Source of the DNA: an uncultured Chloroflexia bacterium
Lineage (GTDB): Bacteria; Chloroflexota; Limnocylindria; QHBO01
Reading direction: 5' to 3'
NCBI GenBank assembly: GCA_963790255.1
Contig: CAWBOA010000014.1
Span: forward strand, 96,843-160,842
Length of the DNA: 64,000 nucleotides
Shown: in pieces, positions 10,382 to 20,088 of the stretch
How positions within the stretch are numbered: position 1 is the stretch's first letter
Layout: each line of letters opens with the position of its first letter
Notes under the pieces: model-generated
Seen by the model: the letters and a program-made list of their open reading frames with translations, nothing else
Told to the model about the DNA's origin: nothing
The model's database searches: none
Translations under genes and position numbers: made by a program

Positions 10382-10968
10382 TCCGGGTGGCGGTGGTCGA
10401 CGACCATCCGCTCGTCCGTGAGGGCACCGCCGCGCTGGTCGATCGCCAGGAGGACATGGAGATCGCGGGGGTCGCCGCTTCGCTGGATGAGCTGCGCCCG
10501 CTGCTCGGAGAGAGCGTTGACGTCCTGCTGCTCGACCTCCGGCTCGGGGAGGAATCCGGCTTCGACCTCCTCCGCGATACGGCCGGACCGATGCCGGCGG
10601 TGGTCGTCGTGACCTCCTACGACTATCCGCAGTACGCCGATGCGGCGCTGCGCCTCGGGGCCGCCGGCTTCGTCGTGAAGACCGCCCCCACCGCCGAGCT
10701 GCTCGAAGCGATCCGACGCGCCGCCGCCGGTGGCCTGGCGTTCGGGGTCCGTCCCGGCCATGGCGTGTCGCTGTCTGCGCGGGAGCGGGAGGTCGTGCGG
10801 CTCGTGGTCGACGGGGCGTCCAATGACGAGATCGGCGCGCGCCTCGGGATCAGCTCCCGGACGGTCGAGTCGCACCTGCGGCGGTTGTTCGACCGACTGA
10901 GCGTCGCGTCCCGGACCGAGCTCGCTGCGCGAGCGCTCCGGGAGGGCTGGCTCGAGGACGTTGGGTGA
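10366..10968 (+). CDS. response regulator, NarL/LuxR family (REC + HTH)
   Basis: VIRVAVVDDHPLVREG...LLDLRLGE receiver domain, then LSAREREVVRLVVDGASNDEIGARLGISSRTVESHLRRLF LuxR-type HTH. Overlaps the kinase stop. Confidence 0.85.
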   Translation: MAPAVIRVAVVDDHPLVREGTAALVDRQEDMEIAGVAASLDELRPLLGESVDVLLLDLRLGEESGFDLLRDTAGPMPAVVVVTSYDYPQYADAALRLGAAGFVVKTAPTAELLEAIRRAAAGGLAFGVRPGHGVSLSAREREVVRLVVDGASNDEIGARLGISSRTVESHLRRLFDRLSVASRTELAARALREGWLEDVG

Positions 10969-11130
10969 TGGCCGCGCGTCACGCGGTGTAGCAAGGCGTC
11001 CGGAAACCCCGGCAATTGGGACTGATCCGTAGCGGATCGGGCAACTCAGCGGTCGGCTGGTGCGCTTCAGTAGCGGATCGGCGCAAACGCCGGTCGCCTT
11101 GCCACCGGGGGTAGCATGCCCGGCGCAGAC

Positions 11131-11860
11131 TCAGCTGGCAGCGACGACCGGCTCGACCTCGCGGATCCGCCCGTCCTGGATCTCGAGCACGCGATCCGCC
11201 AGGTCGAGGAGCTGCGGGTCGTGGGTCGCCACGACCGCGGTGACACCCTCCGCCCGAACGACCGTCCGCAGCATGGCCATGATGCCGTGGCCGGTCGTCG
11301 GAGTCGAGCTGCCCGGTGGGCTCATCGGCCAGGAGGAGCTTGGGGCGGTTGGCCAGCGCACGTGCGATGGCGACGCGCTGCTGCTCGCCACCGGACAGCT
11401 CGTGCGGCCGATGGTTGGCGCGCTCGCCGAGCCCGACGAGGTCGAGCAGCTCCATCACCCGCTCGTCACGAGCGGCGGTCTCGGCACGGACGAGGCGCAG
11501 CGGAATCTCGACGTTCTCCGCCGCCGACAGGATCGGGACGAGGCCGAAGGCCTGGAAGATGAACGCGACCGTGTGCCGCCGGACGTCGACGAGCTGGCGC
11601 TCCGACATGGCCGACACCTCGGCGCCGTCGATCAGCACGCGGCCCGACGTCGGCTTGTCGAGGCCGCCGAGCAGGTTGAGGAGCGTCGTCTTGCCGGATC
11701 CGGATCGACCCTTGACCGCCATCAGCTGGCCGCGCCCGACGGCGAACGAGACGCCACGCAGGGCGTGGATGACGGAGTCGCCGGACGGGTAGTCGCGGGT
11801 CAGGGACTCGGCCACCACCATCGGCCCGTGGCCCGGCGCCCATCGCTCCGAGGAGGTCAT
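11131..11860 (-). CDS. ABC transporter ATP-binding protein (MacB/LolD/FtsE-like); frameshift near 11295
   Basis: Walker A GRSGSGKTTL, Q-loop, LSGGEQQRVAIARAL, Walker B LLLADEPTGQLDS. The C-terminus continues in ORF 11131..11391 (TGHGIMAMLRTVVRAEGVTAVVATHDPQLL). Confidence 0.8.
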
Positions 11861-12858
11861 CGGTCCGGCTCCCGCCGCTCATGGGTGTCCGGCCAGATGC
11901 TGATGTGGTCGTGCTCGAGGTGGACGCGCACCCGCCCTTCCAGGTTCAGCGCGTCGACGTGGGCGCGCGGCAGCTGGAGCCGGCCGGCGCGGTCGAGGAC
12001 GGCGAACTCCTCGGCGAAGATCTCGTGCTCGCCCTCCTCGGAGACCCGGCCGCGCCGCAGCGTCTCCGACGAGGTCCTGCCGTCACGGATGGCGACAGTG
12101 CGCTGGACCTGCTCCGACACGAGCGGGTCGTGGGTCACGATCACGACGGTCGTGCCGAGCTCGGTGTTGAGTCCGCGCATGAGGTCGAAGATCTCGGCGC
12201 TGGTCGCGGTGTCGAGCTCGCCGGTGGGCTCATCGGCAAGGAGCACCTCGGGCGCATTGGCGAGCGCCACGGCGATCGCCACCCGCTGCTGCTCGCCCCC
12301 GGACAGCCGCTCGGGCCGATGGTCGGCGCGCTCCTCGAGCCCGACCATGCGCAGCAGCTCGAGGGCCCGCGCCCGGTTGGCCGAGCCGTCGAGGATCATC
12401 GGCATCTCGACGTTCTCGACCGCCGACAGGTACGGCAGCAGGTTCTTGGCGGTCTGCTGCCACACGAAGCCGATCGTGCGGCGCCGATAGCGGGTTCGCT
12501 CGCTGCGACCCATGCCGGTCAGGTCGTGGCCCGCCACGGTGGCCCGCCCGGCGGATGGCACGTCCAGCCCGCCGAGGATGTTGAGCAGCGTCGACTTGCC
12601 GGACCCCGAGGCGCCGACGATGGCGATCATCTCGCCCGGATCGACGAGGAGGTCGAGTCCCTGGAGCGCGACGACCTCGAGGTCGGCGACCTTGAAGATC
12701 TTCACCAGGTTGTCGCACACGATGAGCGCGCCCTCGCCGAACCGCCGGCGGGCCTTGACCTCCGGCTCGGGCAGGTCGGTCGGCTCGGCCCAGGACGCGG
12801 CGCTCGGCGCCGGCACATCTCGCGGCAGGTCGACGATCTCGCTTCCGGGATCCCTCAT
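11857..12858 (-). CDS. ABC transporter ATP-binding protein (MacB-like) with ~60-aa C-terminal extension
   Basis: From MRDPGSEIVDL: Walker A GASGSGKSTL, LSGGEQQRVAIAVAL, LLLADEPTGELD, VIVTHD. The listed ORF start at 13077 is an upstream over-extension. Confidence 0.8.
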   Translation of the reverse strand: MRDPGSEIVDLPRDVPAPSAASWAEPTDLPEPEVKARRRFGEGALIVCDNLVKIFKVADLEVVALQGLDLLVDPGEMIAIVGASGSGKSTLLNILGGLDVPSAGRATVAGHDLTGMGRSERTRYRRRTIGFVWQQTAKNLLPYLSAVENVEMPMILDGSANRARALELLRMVGLEERADHRPERLSGGEQQRVAIAVALANAPEVLLADEPTGELDTATSAEIFDLMRGLNTELGTTVVIVTHDPLVSEQVQRTVAIRDGRTSSETLRRGRVSEEGEHEIFAEEFAVLDRAGRLQLPRAHVDALNLEGRVRVHLEHDHISIWPDTHERREPDR

Positions 12859-12886
12859 CTGGTCGCGCACCTCGCTATCTTGCCCG

Positions 12887-15685
12887 TCACTCGAGCCCCT
12901 CGCGAATGGCCCGCGCCGGGTCGGCCCGGCGCTGCATCCACGCCGCCAGCGCGACGCCGATGGCGACGATCGCCAGCAGCACGGCCGTGAGCACTGCGAG
13001 CTGCTCGAGGTCGACACTGAGGACCGGCTCCGCCGCGCTGCCGGTGAAGGCACCGAGGCCCAGTCCCGGAAGAGCAACCCAGCTCACGGCCACGCCGAGC
13101 AGCAGCCCGGCGACGACCGCCACGAGCACCGGCGGGGCGTGCTCGATCACGGTCAGACCGATCACCTGACGCCTGGCGAGGCCCATCGTTCGGAGGTGGG
13201 CCGTCTCGCGCGCGCGTGCGGAGCCGGCCAGCCCGAGCGAGATGATCACCGCCAGCGCCGCATACGCCACGGCGACCGCGAGGGAGAGGGTGAAGCCGAT
13301 CTCGATCGCGTTCACCAACGGTCGCTCGCGCAGCGCGTTGAGGCGCTCCGTCTGGGAGGCCACCGCCGCGGTCGAGCGCGCCTCGGCGACCGCGGCCCGG
13401 ATCGCCTCGACCGCGTCGGCCGGAGCCCGAATGAAGTAGTTCGTGGTCGGCAGCTGGCGATCCCGAAGGCCGGCGGAGAGCTGGTCGCGCGGCACGACGA
13501 TGAACGCCTGGTCCGCGCGGAGCGACGCCATCGCGTCACGGATCTCGACCACGACGAACGTCGCGAAGCGAGACTCGACCGTGAGCTCGAAGGTCTCTCC
13601 CACCCGGAACGATGTCGTGCTCGATCGCACCAGGGAGCGCGAGACGATCGCCGGAATCGGCGCATCGGTGGTGCCGGGTCGGCCCTCTCCGGCTGGCTCG
13701 ATGAGCGCCCCGGGCAAGCGCGTCTCGATCGGCGTCCCGGCGGTGACGCTCTCGTAGTCCGCCACGTCGAGCGCCATGAGCCGCACCCGGCCGCCCCCGG
13801 CGATCCCCACGGAGGCATCGGTCAGATGCGCGCCCGCGACCGCCTCGACGCCCTCGATGGCGGGAACGTCGACAGTGGCCAGCAGCCGATCCTCGCCGGT
13901 GATCCGGTGCGCCGCGCCGATGACCTGCCACGACTGGAGCAGCTGGCCGCGATCGATGGTGGCAAGCATGGCGGACGAGAAGGTGCCGATCGCGACGGTC
14001 AGCAGCAGCACGATGAGCGGCAGGTGGCCCGTGCCCCCCTGGCGCTCGGCACGCCGCAGCCCGAGGGCGGGCACCATCCCGCGTCCCGCCGCGGCGATCC
14101 ACCCCGCCGCCCGAACCGGATAGGGATAGAGGCGCACGGTGACGATGCCCACGGCCAGGCCGACGAGCGCCGGCACCGCCGCGAGGAATGGATCCACTCC
14201 GGCGAGCTCGCCCGCCGCGCTGCCTCCGGCAATCCCACGCTGCCGGAGGAGCACAACGCCACCGATCGCGAGGCCTACCGCCAGGCCCTCGAACGCCAGC
14301 CGGCGTGGGCTGGCACCGATGCCCGCCGGCGTCTCGCGGCCGATCCGACGCAGCGGCTGCACCGCGAGCGGAAGCACGGCGGCCGCCAGGACGAGGATCG
14401 TCCCGAGCGCGACGGCGCCCGCCACGACGGAGGTCGCCGGCGCCGAGCGAGCCTCCACCACGGCCGTGGCGAGCAGCACGGCACCGGCCGCCGGGGCGAC
14501 GGCCAGGAGCAGCCCCTCGACCACGTGCGAACCGACGAGCTGCCACCCGGACCCGCCACGGCCGCGCAGGAGGATGAGCGCGCCCCGCCTGCGCTGGACG
14601 GCCAGCAGGGCGAGCACCGCGATGGCGGCCAGTGCCACCGCGGAAGGACCGATGAGCGAGGTGACGAGCACGGCCTCCGAGCTGCGCCGTTCGGCGAGGA
14701 ATCGGTTCGTCAGCTCAAGGAGCCCGGTGCGCAGCGTCGTGGTGGTCTCGTCGGCCTGTGTGGCGAAGGACGCGTAGGTCGCCTCCATGCGCTGGAGGTC
14801 GACGACGAGCTCGTCGACCATCCCGGCGTCGAGCAGGTCCGCATCGGGGTAGTAGCGGAACGAGTAGCGCAGCGGAGTCCCGAGCTGCGTCGTGGCCGGG
14901 TAGGCATCCGGCGACACGAGGGCGGTGGCGTAGACGAGCACGATGTCAATCCCCACGGGGACGAGCGTCGGCTCGTGCAGGCCGCGGTCGCCGGCCCAGT
15001 AGTCGCCGCCCGGATCCGTGATCTCGACCAGGCCGACCACCTCGACCGCCACCGCCTCCGGGAAGCCGAAGGCCCCGACGAGCGGGTCGTCCTGCGACGA
15101 GAACATGTGCATCACGTCCCCAACGCCGACATCGAGCTCCTCGGCGGTGACGGTCGAGAGCGCCGCCTCGAACAGCAGGCCCTCTCGATCCTCCGGGACG
15201 GGGACCGAGCCGGGCGGCAGGTCGGGCGCGGGAACGCGTCGGGTCGTGCCGGTCGGCATGCGGCCGTCGACGAGACGCACCTCGTCGCCCAGGTCGCCCT
15301 GGAACTGAAGCGTGATGAAGCCGGGCCGCGTCGATGGCCGGTCGAGGACCGAGTAGACGACGCTCTCGGCCAGCATCGAGCCGCCGCTGAGGATGCGGCG
15401 CACGCTGGCCGGCAGCCCGGACTCGATCTCGTTCTCGACCTCGGCGATCGGGCCCATCCCCTCGCCTGGGACGGCGGTGATGTTGAAGATCCGGCCGAGC
15501 TGCAGGTTGCGTTCGACGACGCTCGCCTGGGCGATCTCGTAGCGCAGGCCCGCATCCGCGGCGACGTTGAAAAGGCGCGGGGCAGCGGCGGCGAGGAGCG
15601 CCGTGACGAAGACGAGCACGATGAGCAGCAGGCCCGGCAGCCGATCCTGGCGGAGCCGTGCGACGAGCAGCCGGATGGGTGCCAT
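12887..15685 (-). CDS. FtsX/MacB-family ABC permease, 932 aa, two FtsX modules with large extracytoplasmic domains
   Basis: N-terminal TM, a long soluble domain, then a TM bundle, repeated twice, as in ~900-aa FtsX-type permeases. Confidence 0.7.
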   Translation of the reverse strand: MAPIRLLVARLRQDRLPGLLLIVLVFVTALLAAAAPRLFNVAADAGLRYEIAQASVVERNLQLGRIFNITAVPGEGMGPIAEVENEIESGLPASVRRILSGGSMLAESVVYSVLDRPSTRPGFITLQFQGDLGDEVRLVDGRMPTGTTRRVPAPDLPPGSVPVPEDREGLLFEAALSTVTAEELDVGVGDVMHMFSSQDDPLVGAFGFPEAVAVEVVGLVEITDPGGDYWAGDRGLHEPTLVPVGIDIVLVYATALVSPDAYPATTQLGTPLRYSFRYYPDADLLDAGMVDELVVDLQRMEATYASFATQADETTTTLRTGLLELTNRFLAERRSSEAVLVTSLIGPSAVALAAIAVLALLAVQRRRGALILLRGRGGSGWQLVGSHVVEGLLLAVAPAAGAVLLATAVVEARSAPATSVVAGAVALGTILVLAAAVLPLAVQPLRRIGRETPAGIGASPRRLAFEGLAVGLAIGGVVLLRQRGIAGGSAAGELAGVDPFLAAVPALVGLAVGIVTVRLYPYPVRAAGWIAAAGRGMVPALGLRRAERQGGTGHLPLIVLLLTVAIGTFSSAMLATIDRGQLLQSWQVIGAAHRITGEDRLLATVDVPAIEGVEAVAGAHLTDASVGIAGGGRVRLMALDVADYESVTAGTPIETRLPGALIEPAGEGRPGTTDAPIPAIVSRSLVRSSTTSFRVGETFELTVESRFATFVVVEIRDAMASLRADQAFIVVPRDQLSAGLRDRQLPTTNYFIRAPADAVEAIRAAVAEARSTAAVASQTERLNALRERPLVNAIEIGFTLSLAVAVAYAALAVIISLGLAGSARARETAHLRTMGLARRQVIGLTVIEHAPPVLVAVVAGLLLGVAVSWVALPGLGLGAFTGSAAEPVLSVDLEQLAVLTAVLLAIVAIGVALAAWMQRRADPARAIREGLE

Positions 15686-15688
15686 CGG

Positions 15689-18600
15689 TCAGTCGCTCCC
15701 GGCTCGCAGGACGCCACTCACCCGAACGCGCCCCAGCAGCTGACCGATGACGATCACGGTGACGACCAGGGCGCCGGCGGCGACGAGGTAGAGGAGGCCG
15801 TAGACGCTCCACGGGATGACGACCTCGACCGGCGGCACCGCCAGCGTCGCCTCCTGGGTAAGCGTCACGAACGGCAACACCACCCAGGCCAGGACCAGTC
15901 CCAGACCGGTCCCCGCGAGCAGCCCGACGATGAGGAGGAAGGCGTTCTCCATGGAGAGCCACGCCGACAGCTGCCGATGCGAGAGGCCGATCGCCTGGAG
16001 CAGCGCGAACTCCCCGAGCCGCTCACGGGCGGAGACGGTCGCACTGACGATGAAGCCGATGGCGGCAAAGATGACCGCGGAGAGGGCACCGATGGCGAGC
16101 GCGCCGATGACGCCGAGCGCCACCGGATCGCCGATCAGGTTCTGGTGCAGGTCGTCGCGAGCCACCGCGAGGTCGGTCGCGTATGGCTCACCGCGGATCG
16201 CCTCGGCAACCGCGGGGCCGCGTCCGTCGGCGGTCCGCAGCCACCATTCCTCGACCGCCAACGTCCGCCCGCTCGCCTCATCCGCCGCGGCCAGGGCCCC
16301 GATGTCGGCGATCACGAATGGCTGGTTCGGATCGACGGTCGGGAAGGCAGCGAGCGAGCCCACGATGGTGAACTGGCGCCGCTGGGTGAGCTGGCCAAGC
16401 TCCACAGTGTCCCCGATCGCGGCGCCGGTCGCGCGCAGGTAGCCGTCGGACGCGAGGATGGGAACGGGATCTGCGCCGCCCGCGGCCCCGTCGCCGATCG
16501 AGAAGTCGAGCTCGGTGGGATCGGCCGCACCGAAGCCGGGGAGCGCGTCCTCCGCAGCGGCAGTGAACGGGCTGATCGCTCCGAGGTCGATCGGCGTGAT
16601 GGCGCCGTCCGCGGCGATCGCATCGAGCCGCTCGACGGCCAGGCTGCCGATTCCGAGCGACCCCTCGGGCAGCTCAACCTGGAGCTCGACGCCGAGGATC
16701 GCGATCGGCCCTGCCGGGGACAGCGCCCCGTCGACGAGCAGGTCAGTGCTGAAGGGCACCTCGACCTCCCTCGTGCCGAGCCCGACCGCGATTCGCGGTC
16801 CGGTGAGGTGGTGGACGATGCCGTCACCGTCGCGGACGACGACCGCCGGCGAGATGCCACGGAAGCCGGGAGAGAAGGTGACGCTCTCATCCTCGCTGAC
16901 GACGAGTGCCTCGACCTCGGCGGTCACCTCGAGCGCGAAGCCGGTCGTGTCCTCTGCCAGAGGCAGGCCGCCGACCGAACCGGGCTCCGGGACGAGGCCG
17001 GCCATCAGGTCGTCGAGGGGAACGGTGGCGAGGTCGGACCGCATGTCGACGACCGAGGCGGCCGTCGCGCTGTCGAGCGCCAGGATGGTGCCGCCCCGGG
17101 TCTCAGCGAGATCGAAGCGCTCGACCGCGATCGGGAGGGCCTGCTCCACCCCCTCGGCGGCTCGATAGGCCTGGCCGACCGCCCACGACGGCAGGTGGGC
17201 GAAGCGCGAGACCGTCACGCGCACGTCCGAGCCGGTCTGGTACGTTGCCTGGTCGGCCTGGGATCGCGTCCAGGTGCTGGTGTAGGCGCCGGCGAAGGTG
17301 CCGAGCGCCGCGGCGAGCATGAGGAGGAGCGCGGAGCGGGTGTAGCGCAGCGGACGACGCGACAGCTGCCGCGCCCCGAGCGGGGCGACGAGCCCGCGGC
17401 GGCCCGAGAGGAGCCGTTCGCCGATCTCCGCCGCGAGCGGAACGATGCGCAGGGCCAGAATCGAGCCGGCCAGGAGCCCGATGGCGGGGGCGGCCACGAG
17501 CAGCGGGTCGAGCCCGACCGAGCCGCGCACGGTCTGCGTCAGCGGTGCGCCGTACTGGCGAAGCTGCCAGAAGCCGATCGCGGCGAGCACGACGAGCGCC
17601 ACGTCGATCCCGAGGCGCTGGGCGAGGCTCCGGTTGCCCTGGCGAGCCATCGTCTGTCGAACGGCGGCCAGGCCGCGGCCGGCGCCCAGGGCCGGGAGGA
17701 CGAGCCCGACCGCCGCCGCCAGGCCGGCCCCGGCCGCGATGAGGGCGACCGTGAGGTCGACCCGAGGCTCGATCGTGATGCCCGCATCGGCCAACGGACC
17801 GCTCAGGTTGAGGAGGTTGAGGATGCCGACCGCCAGCCACGGTGCCGCGAGGACGGCGGGGACGACGAGCAGCATCGCTTCCAGGAACGACATCAGCGCG
17901 ATGTGGCGCACGCCCGCGCCGCGTGAGCGGAGGAGCGCCGTCTCGATGCGGCGCTGCTCGACCATCAGCCCCGCGACGAGCAGGAGCGCGTATCCGGCGA
18001 GCACCGCGAACTGGATCGTCAGCACCACGACGCCGCTTCGGCTGACCAGCAGCGAGCGCCCGATCGATGACAGGATCGAGTCGAGCTCGGTGTCGACCTG
18101 GAAGAAGGCGCGGTCGCCCAGGGAGTCGGCCAGCCGTCGCTCCAACGCCGCGGCGTCGCTGCGCATCCAGTTGACATCATCGACGGCGAGCCGGTCGAAG
18201 TTCGGCAGCGCGCGCAGCTCGAGCCCGACGTTGCCCGAGACGGTGCGCCCGACGAGGTCGTCCCGTCCGACCACCAGTGGCCCGTGGGTGACGAAGGTGC
18301 CGCTCTCGCTCACGCCCTGGAGCTCGAGCGGATCGGCGCGCCAGTACGGGTCCGTCGGATCGGTCGGCTGCCAGACGCCCTCGATTCGCGCGGTGAGCTG
18401 CCGCCCGGCGCCGCGCTGGCTCTCGACCGTGAGCTCGTCCCCCGTCGCGAGGCCGAGCGCATCGGCGGTGGACCTTGAGATCGCCACCGCCATGGGCTCG
18501 GCGCCGGCATCGGGCCAGGCGCCGTCAACCAGGGTCGCGTGGCGCTCGAGGCCCTCGTACGCGCCGAAGACCACCAGCGACGTCGTCTCGTCGGAGGCCT

Positions 18601-18937
18601 GCTCCGGGAGCGCATAGGTCTCCGATCGGGCGATGGTGATCAGCTCGCCGCCGGTCCAACCCAGGATCCGTCCGACCTGGCGCTCGATCTTTGGTTCGAC
18701 TTCCGCCACCTCATCGGCGGATGCCCGGATCTGGACCGAGATGCTGGTGGCGGTGCCGGGCTCGTCGGCCAGGATCCGGCGCAGGCCGGTCAGCGCGACG
18801 GCATCACCGTAGAGGACGCCGATGGCCACGAGCGTCGTCGCGCACAGGATCACCAGCCACGTCGCGGCCACGATGAGCCAGTCGGCGAGGCTGCGCTGCA
18901 GGACGACGCGAAGCGGGGCCAGCAGGCCCTGGAGCAT
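15689..18937 (-). CDS. FtsX/MacB-family ABC permease, 1082 aa (paralog of the adjacent permease)
   Basis: Same architecture. Four bases separate it from the downstream permease, so the four genes form one operon. Confidence 0.7.
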   Translation of the reverse strand: MLQGLLAPLRVVLQRSLADWLIVAATWLVILCATTLVAIGVLYGDAVALTGLRRILADEPGTATSISVQIRASADEVAEVEPKIERQVGRILGWTGGELITIARSETYALPEQASDETTSLVVFGAYEGLERHATLVDGAWPDAGAEPMAVAISRSTADALGLATGDELTVESQRGAGRQLTARIEGVWQPTDPTDPYWRADPLELQGVSESGTFVTHGPLVVGRDDLVGRTVSGNVGLELRALPNFDRLAVDDVNWMRSDAAALERRLADSLGDRAFFQVDTELDSILSSIGRSLLVSRSGVVVLTIQFAVLAGYALLLVAGLMVEQRRIETALLRSRGAGVRHIALMSFLEAMLLVVPAVLAAPWLAVGILNLLNLSGPLADAGITIEPRVDLTVALIAAGAGLAAAVGLVLPALGAGRGLAAVRQTMARQGNRSLAQRLGIDVALVVLAAIGFWQLRQYGAPLTQTVRGSVGLDPLLVAAPAIGLLAGSILALRIVPLAAEIGERLLSGRRGLVAPLGARQLSRRPLRYTRSALLLMLAAALGTFAGAYTSTWTRSQADQATYQTGSDVRVTVSRFAHLPSWAVGQAYRAAEGVEQALPIAVERFDLAETRGGTILALDSATAASVVDMRSDLATVPLDDLMAGLVPEPGSVGGLPLAEDTTGFALEVTAEVEALVVSEDESVTFSPGFRGISPAVVVRDGDGIVHHLTGPRIAVGLGTREVEVPFSTDLLVDGALSPAGPIAILGVELQVELPEGSLGIGSLAVERLDAIAADGAITPIDLGAISPFTAAAEDALPGFGAADPTELDFSIGDGAAGGADPVPILASDGYLRATGAAIGDTVELGQLTQRRQFTIVGSLAAFPTVDPNQPFVIADIGALAAADEASGRTLAVEEWWLRTADGRGPAVAEAIRGEPYATDLAVARDDLHQNLIGDPVALGVIGALAIGALSAVIFAAIGFIVSATVSARERLGEFALLQAIGLSHRQLSAWLSMENAFLLIVGLLAGTGLGLVLAWVVLPFVTLTQEATLAVPPVEVVIPWSVYGLLYLVAAGALVVTVIVIGQLLGRVRVSGVLRAGSD

Positions 18938-19005
18938 CCCGTTCCTCCCGGATCCCTTGAGGTACCTATCGCCGATGACGGCGATCGGTTCACCATGCTA
19001 CCGGG

Positions 19006-19458
19006 CTACTCGCCGATGTCCTCGTTCCAGACGTCGGGATGCGCGGCGATGAACTCGCGCATGAGCGCGACGCACTCCTCGGAGTCGACGACCACGAGCT
19101 CCACGCCGCGACTCCGCAGCAGCTCCTCGCCACCGACGAACGTTCGGTTCTCGCCGATGATCACGCGGGGGATCCCGTACAGCAGGATCGCGCCGGTGCA
19201 CATGTCACACGGCGACAGCGTGGTGACCATCGTCGCGCGCCGGTAGACCGATGCGGCCTGGCGGCCGGCATCCTCGAGCGCATCGGTCTCGCCATGCCGG
19301 ATGGCGCTCCCGGCCTGCATCCGCCGGTTCCGGCCGCACCCGATGACCTTGCCGTCGACGATGAGCACAGCACCGATCGGCACCCCACCCTCATCGCGCC
19401 CAATCCGTGCCTGCTCGATCGCCAGATTCAGCTGCGCAGCTTCGTCGAGTTGGTCCAT
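19006..19458 (-). CDS. cytosine/nucleoside deaminase, CDA fold (Fcy1-like)
   Basis: From MDQLDEAAQ: zinc motifs HGETDAL and SPCDMCTGA. The C-terminus ELLRSRGVELVVVDSEECVALMREFIAAHPDVWNEDIGE resembles yeast Fcy1. Confidence 0.75.
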   Translation of the reverse strand: MDQLDEAAQLNLAIEQARIGRDEGGVPIGAVLIVDGKVIGCGRNRRMQAGSAIRHGETDALEDAGRQAASVYRRATMVTTLSPCDMCTGAILLYGIPRVIIGENRTFVGGEELLRSRGVELVVVDSEECVALMREFIAAHPDVWNEDIGE

Positions 19459-19518
19459 CGGTCCTCCGAAGGGTCCGTCACCTTCGCGGCCAGTATCGCC
19501 CGCGATCACAATCGGCTC

Positions 19519-19848
19519 GTGCTCCTGGTCATCTCGATCCTCCTCGCCATCTTCGTCCTTCCTGACCCGTGGGACTTGCCGGTCATCGCCATTGGCGCGA
19601 CCCTCGAGATCGCCGAGCTGGGGTTCGAGGTCTGGCTGTCTCGACGCCGTCGGCCGACGGTCGGGCCGGAGACGCTCATCGGCCAGGTTGGCGAGGTCAT
19701 TGCCGCATGCCGTCCGCTTGGGCAGGTCCGTGTCGCCGGCGAGCCATGGCGGGCACGATGCGACTCCGGCGCGGATGTCGGCGACCGCGTCACCGTTCAC
19801 TCCCGAGATGGGATCACCCTCATCGTCGAGCCCATACGGGAGTCGTGA
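19519..19848 (+). CDS. NfeD-like short membrane protein (TM + OB-fold barrel)
   Basis: C-terminal part of ORF 19039..19848: LLVISILLAIFVLP TM, then GQVGEVIAACRPLGQVRVAGEPWRARCDSGADVGDRVTVHSRDGITLIVEP (NfeD beta-barrel). The start is uncertain (GTG 19519 or TTG 19450). Confidence 0.5.
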   Translation: MLLVISILLAIFVLPDPWDLPVIAIGATLEIAELGFEVWLSRRRRPTVGPETLIGQVGEVIAACRPLGQVRVAGEPWRARCDSGADVGDRVTVHSRDGITLIVEPIRES

Positions 19849-19860
19849 GTATCCTGACCT

Positions 19861-19933
19861 GGGCCGTTAGCTCAGTGGTTAGAGCAGGGGACTTTTAATC
19901 CTCGTGTCGTGGGTTCGAATCCCACACGGCCCA
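19861..19933 (+). tRNA. tRNA-Lys (anticodon TTT)
   Basis: gggccgttagctcagtggttagagcaggggaCTTTTAAtcctcgtgtcgtgggttcgaatcccacacggccca. Canonical cloverleaf; CCA not encoded. Confidence 0.85.
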
Positions 19934-20088
19934 CTCTGACAACACAACCCGGCCGCGCGTTGGGTGACTCTTCGTCACATCGGCGCTCGACCGGTGCTGG
20001 AGTGAAGTCATCGGTCGCGAGTCCGTTGGCCCGGGGTCGCCGCCGTGTCCATGCCGGCTCGCACGCCGGCCGACCCGCGTCGTGAACG

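Noticed and set aside
12512-17926. 1804-aa plus-strand ORF
   Set aside because: It is antisense to the two FtsX permeases. The Arg/Gly/Asp-rich low-complexity translation is typical of high-GC antisense frames, and there is no domain content.
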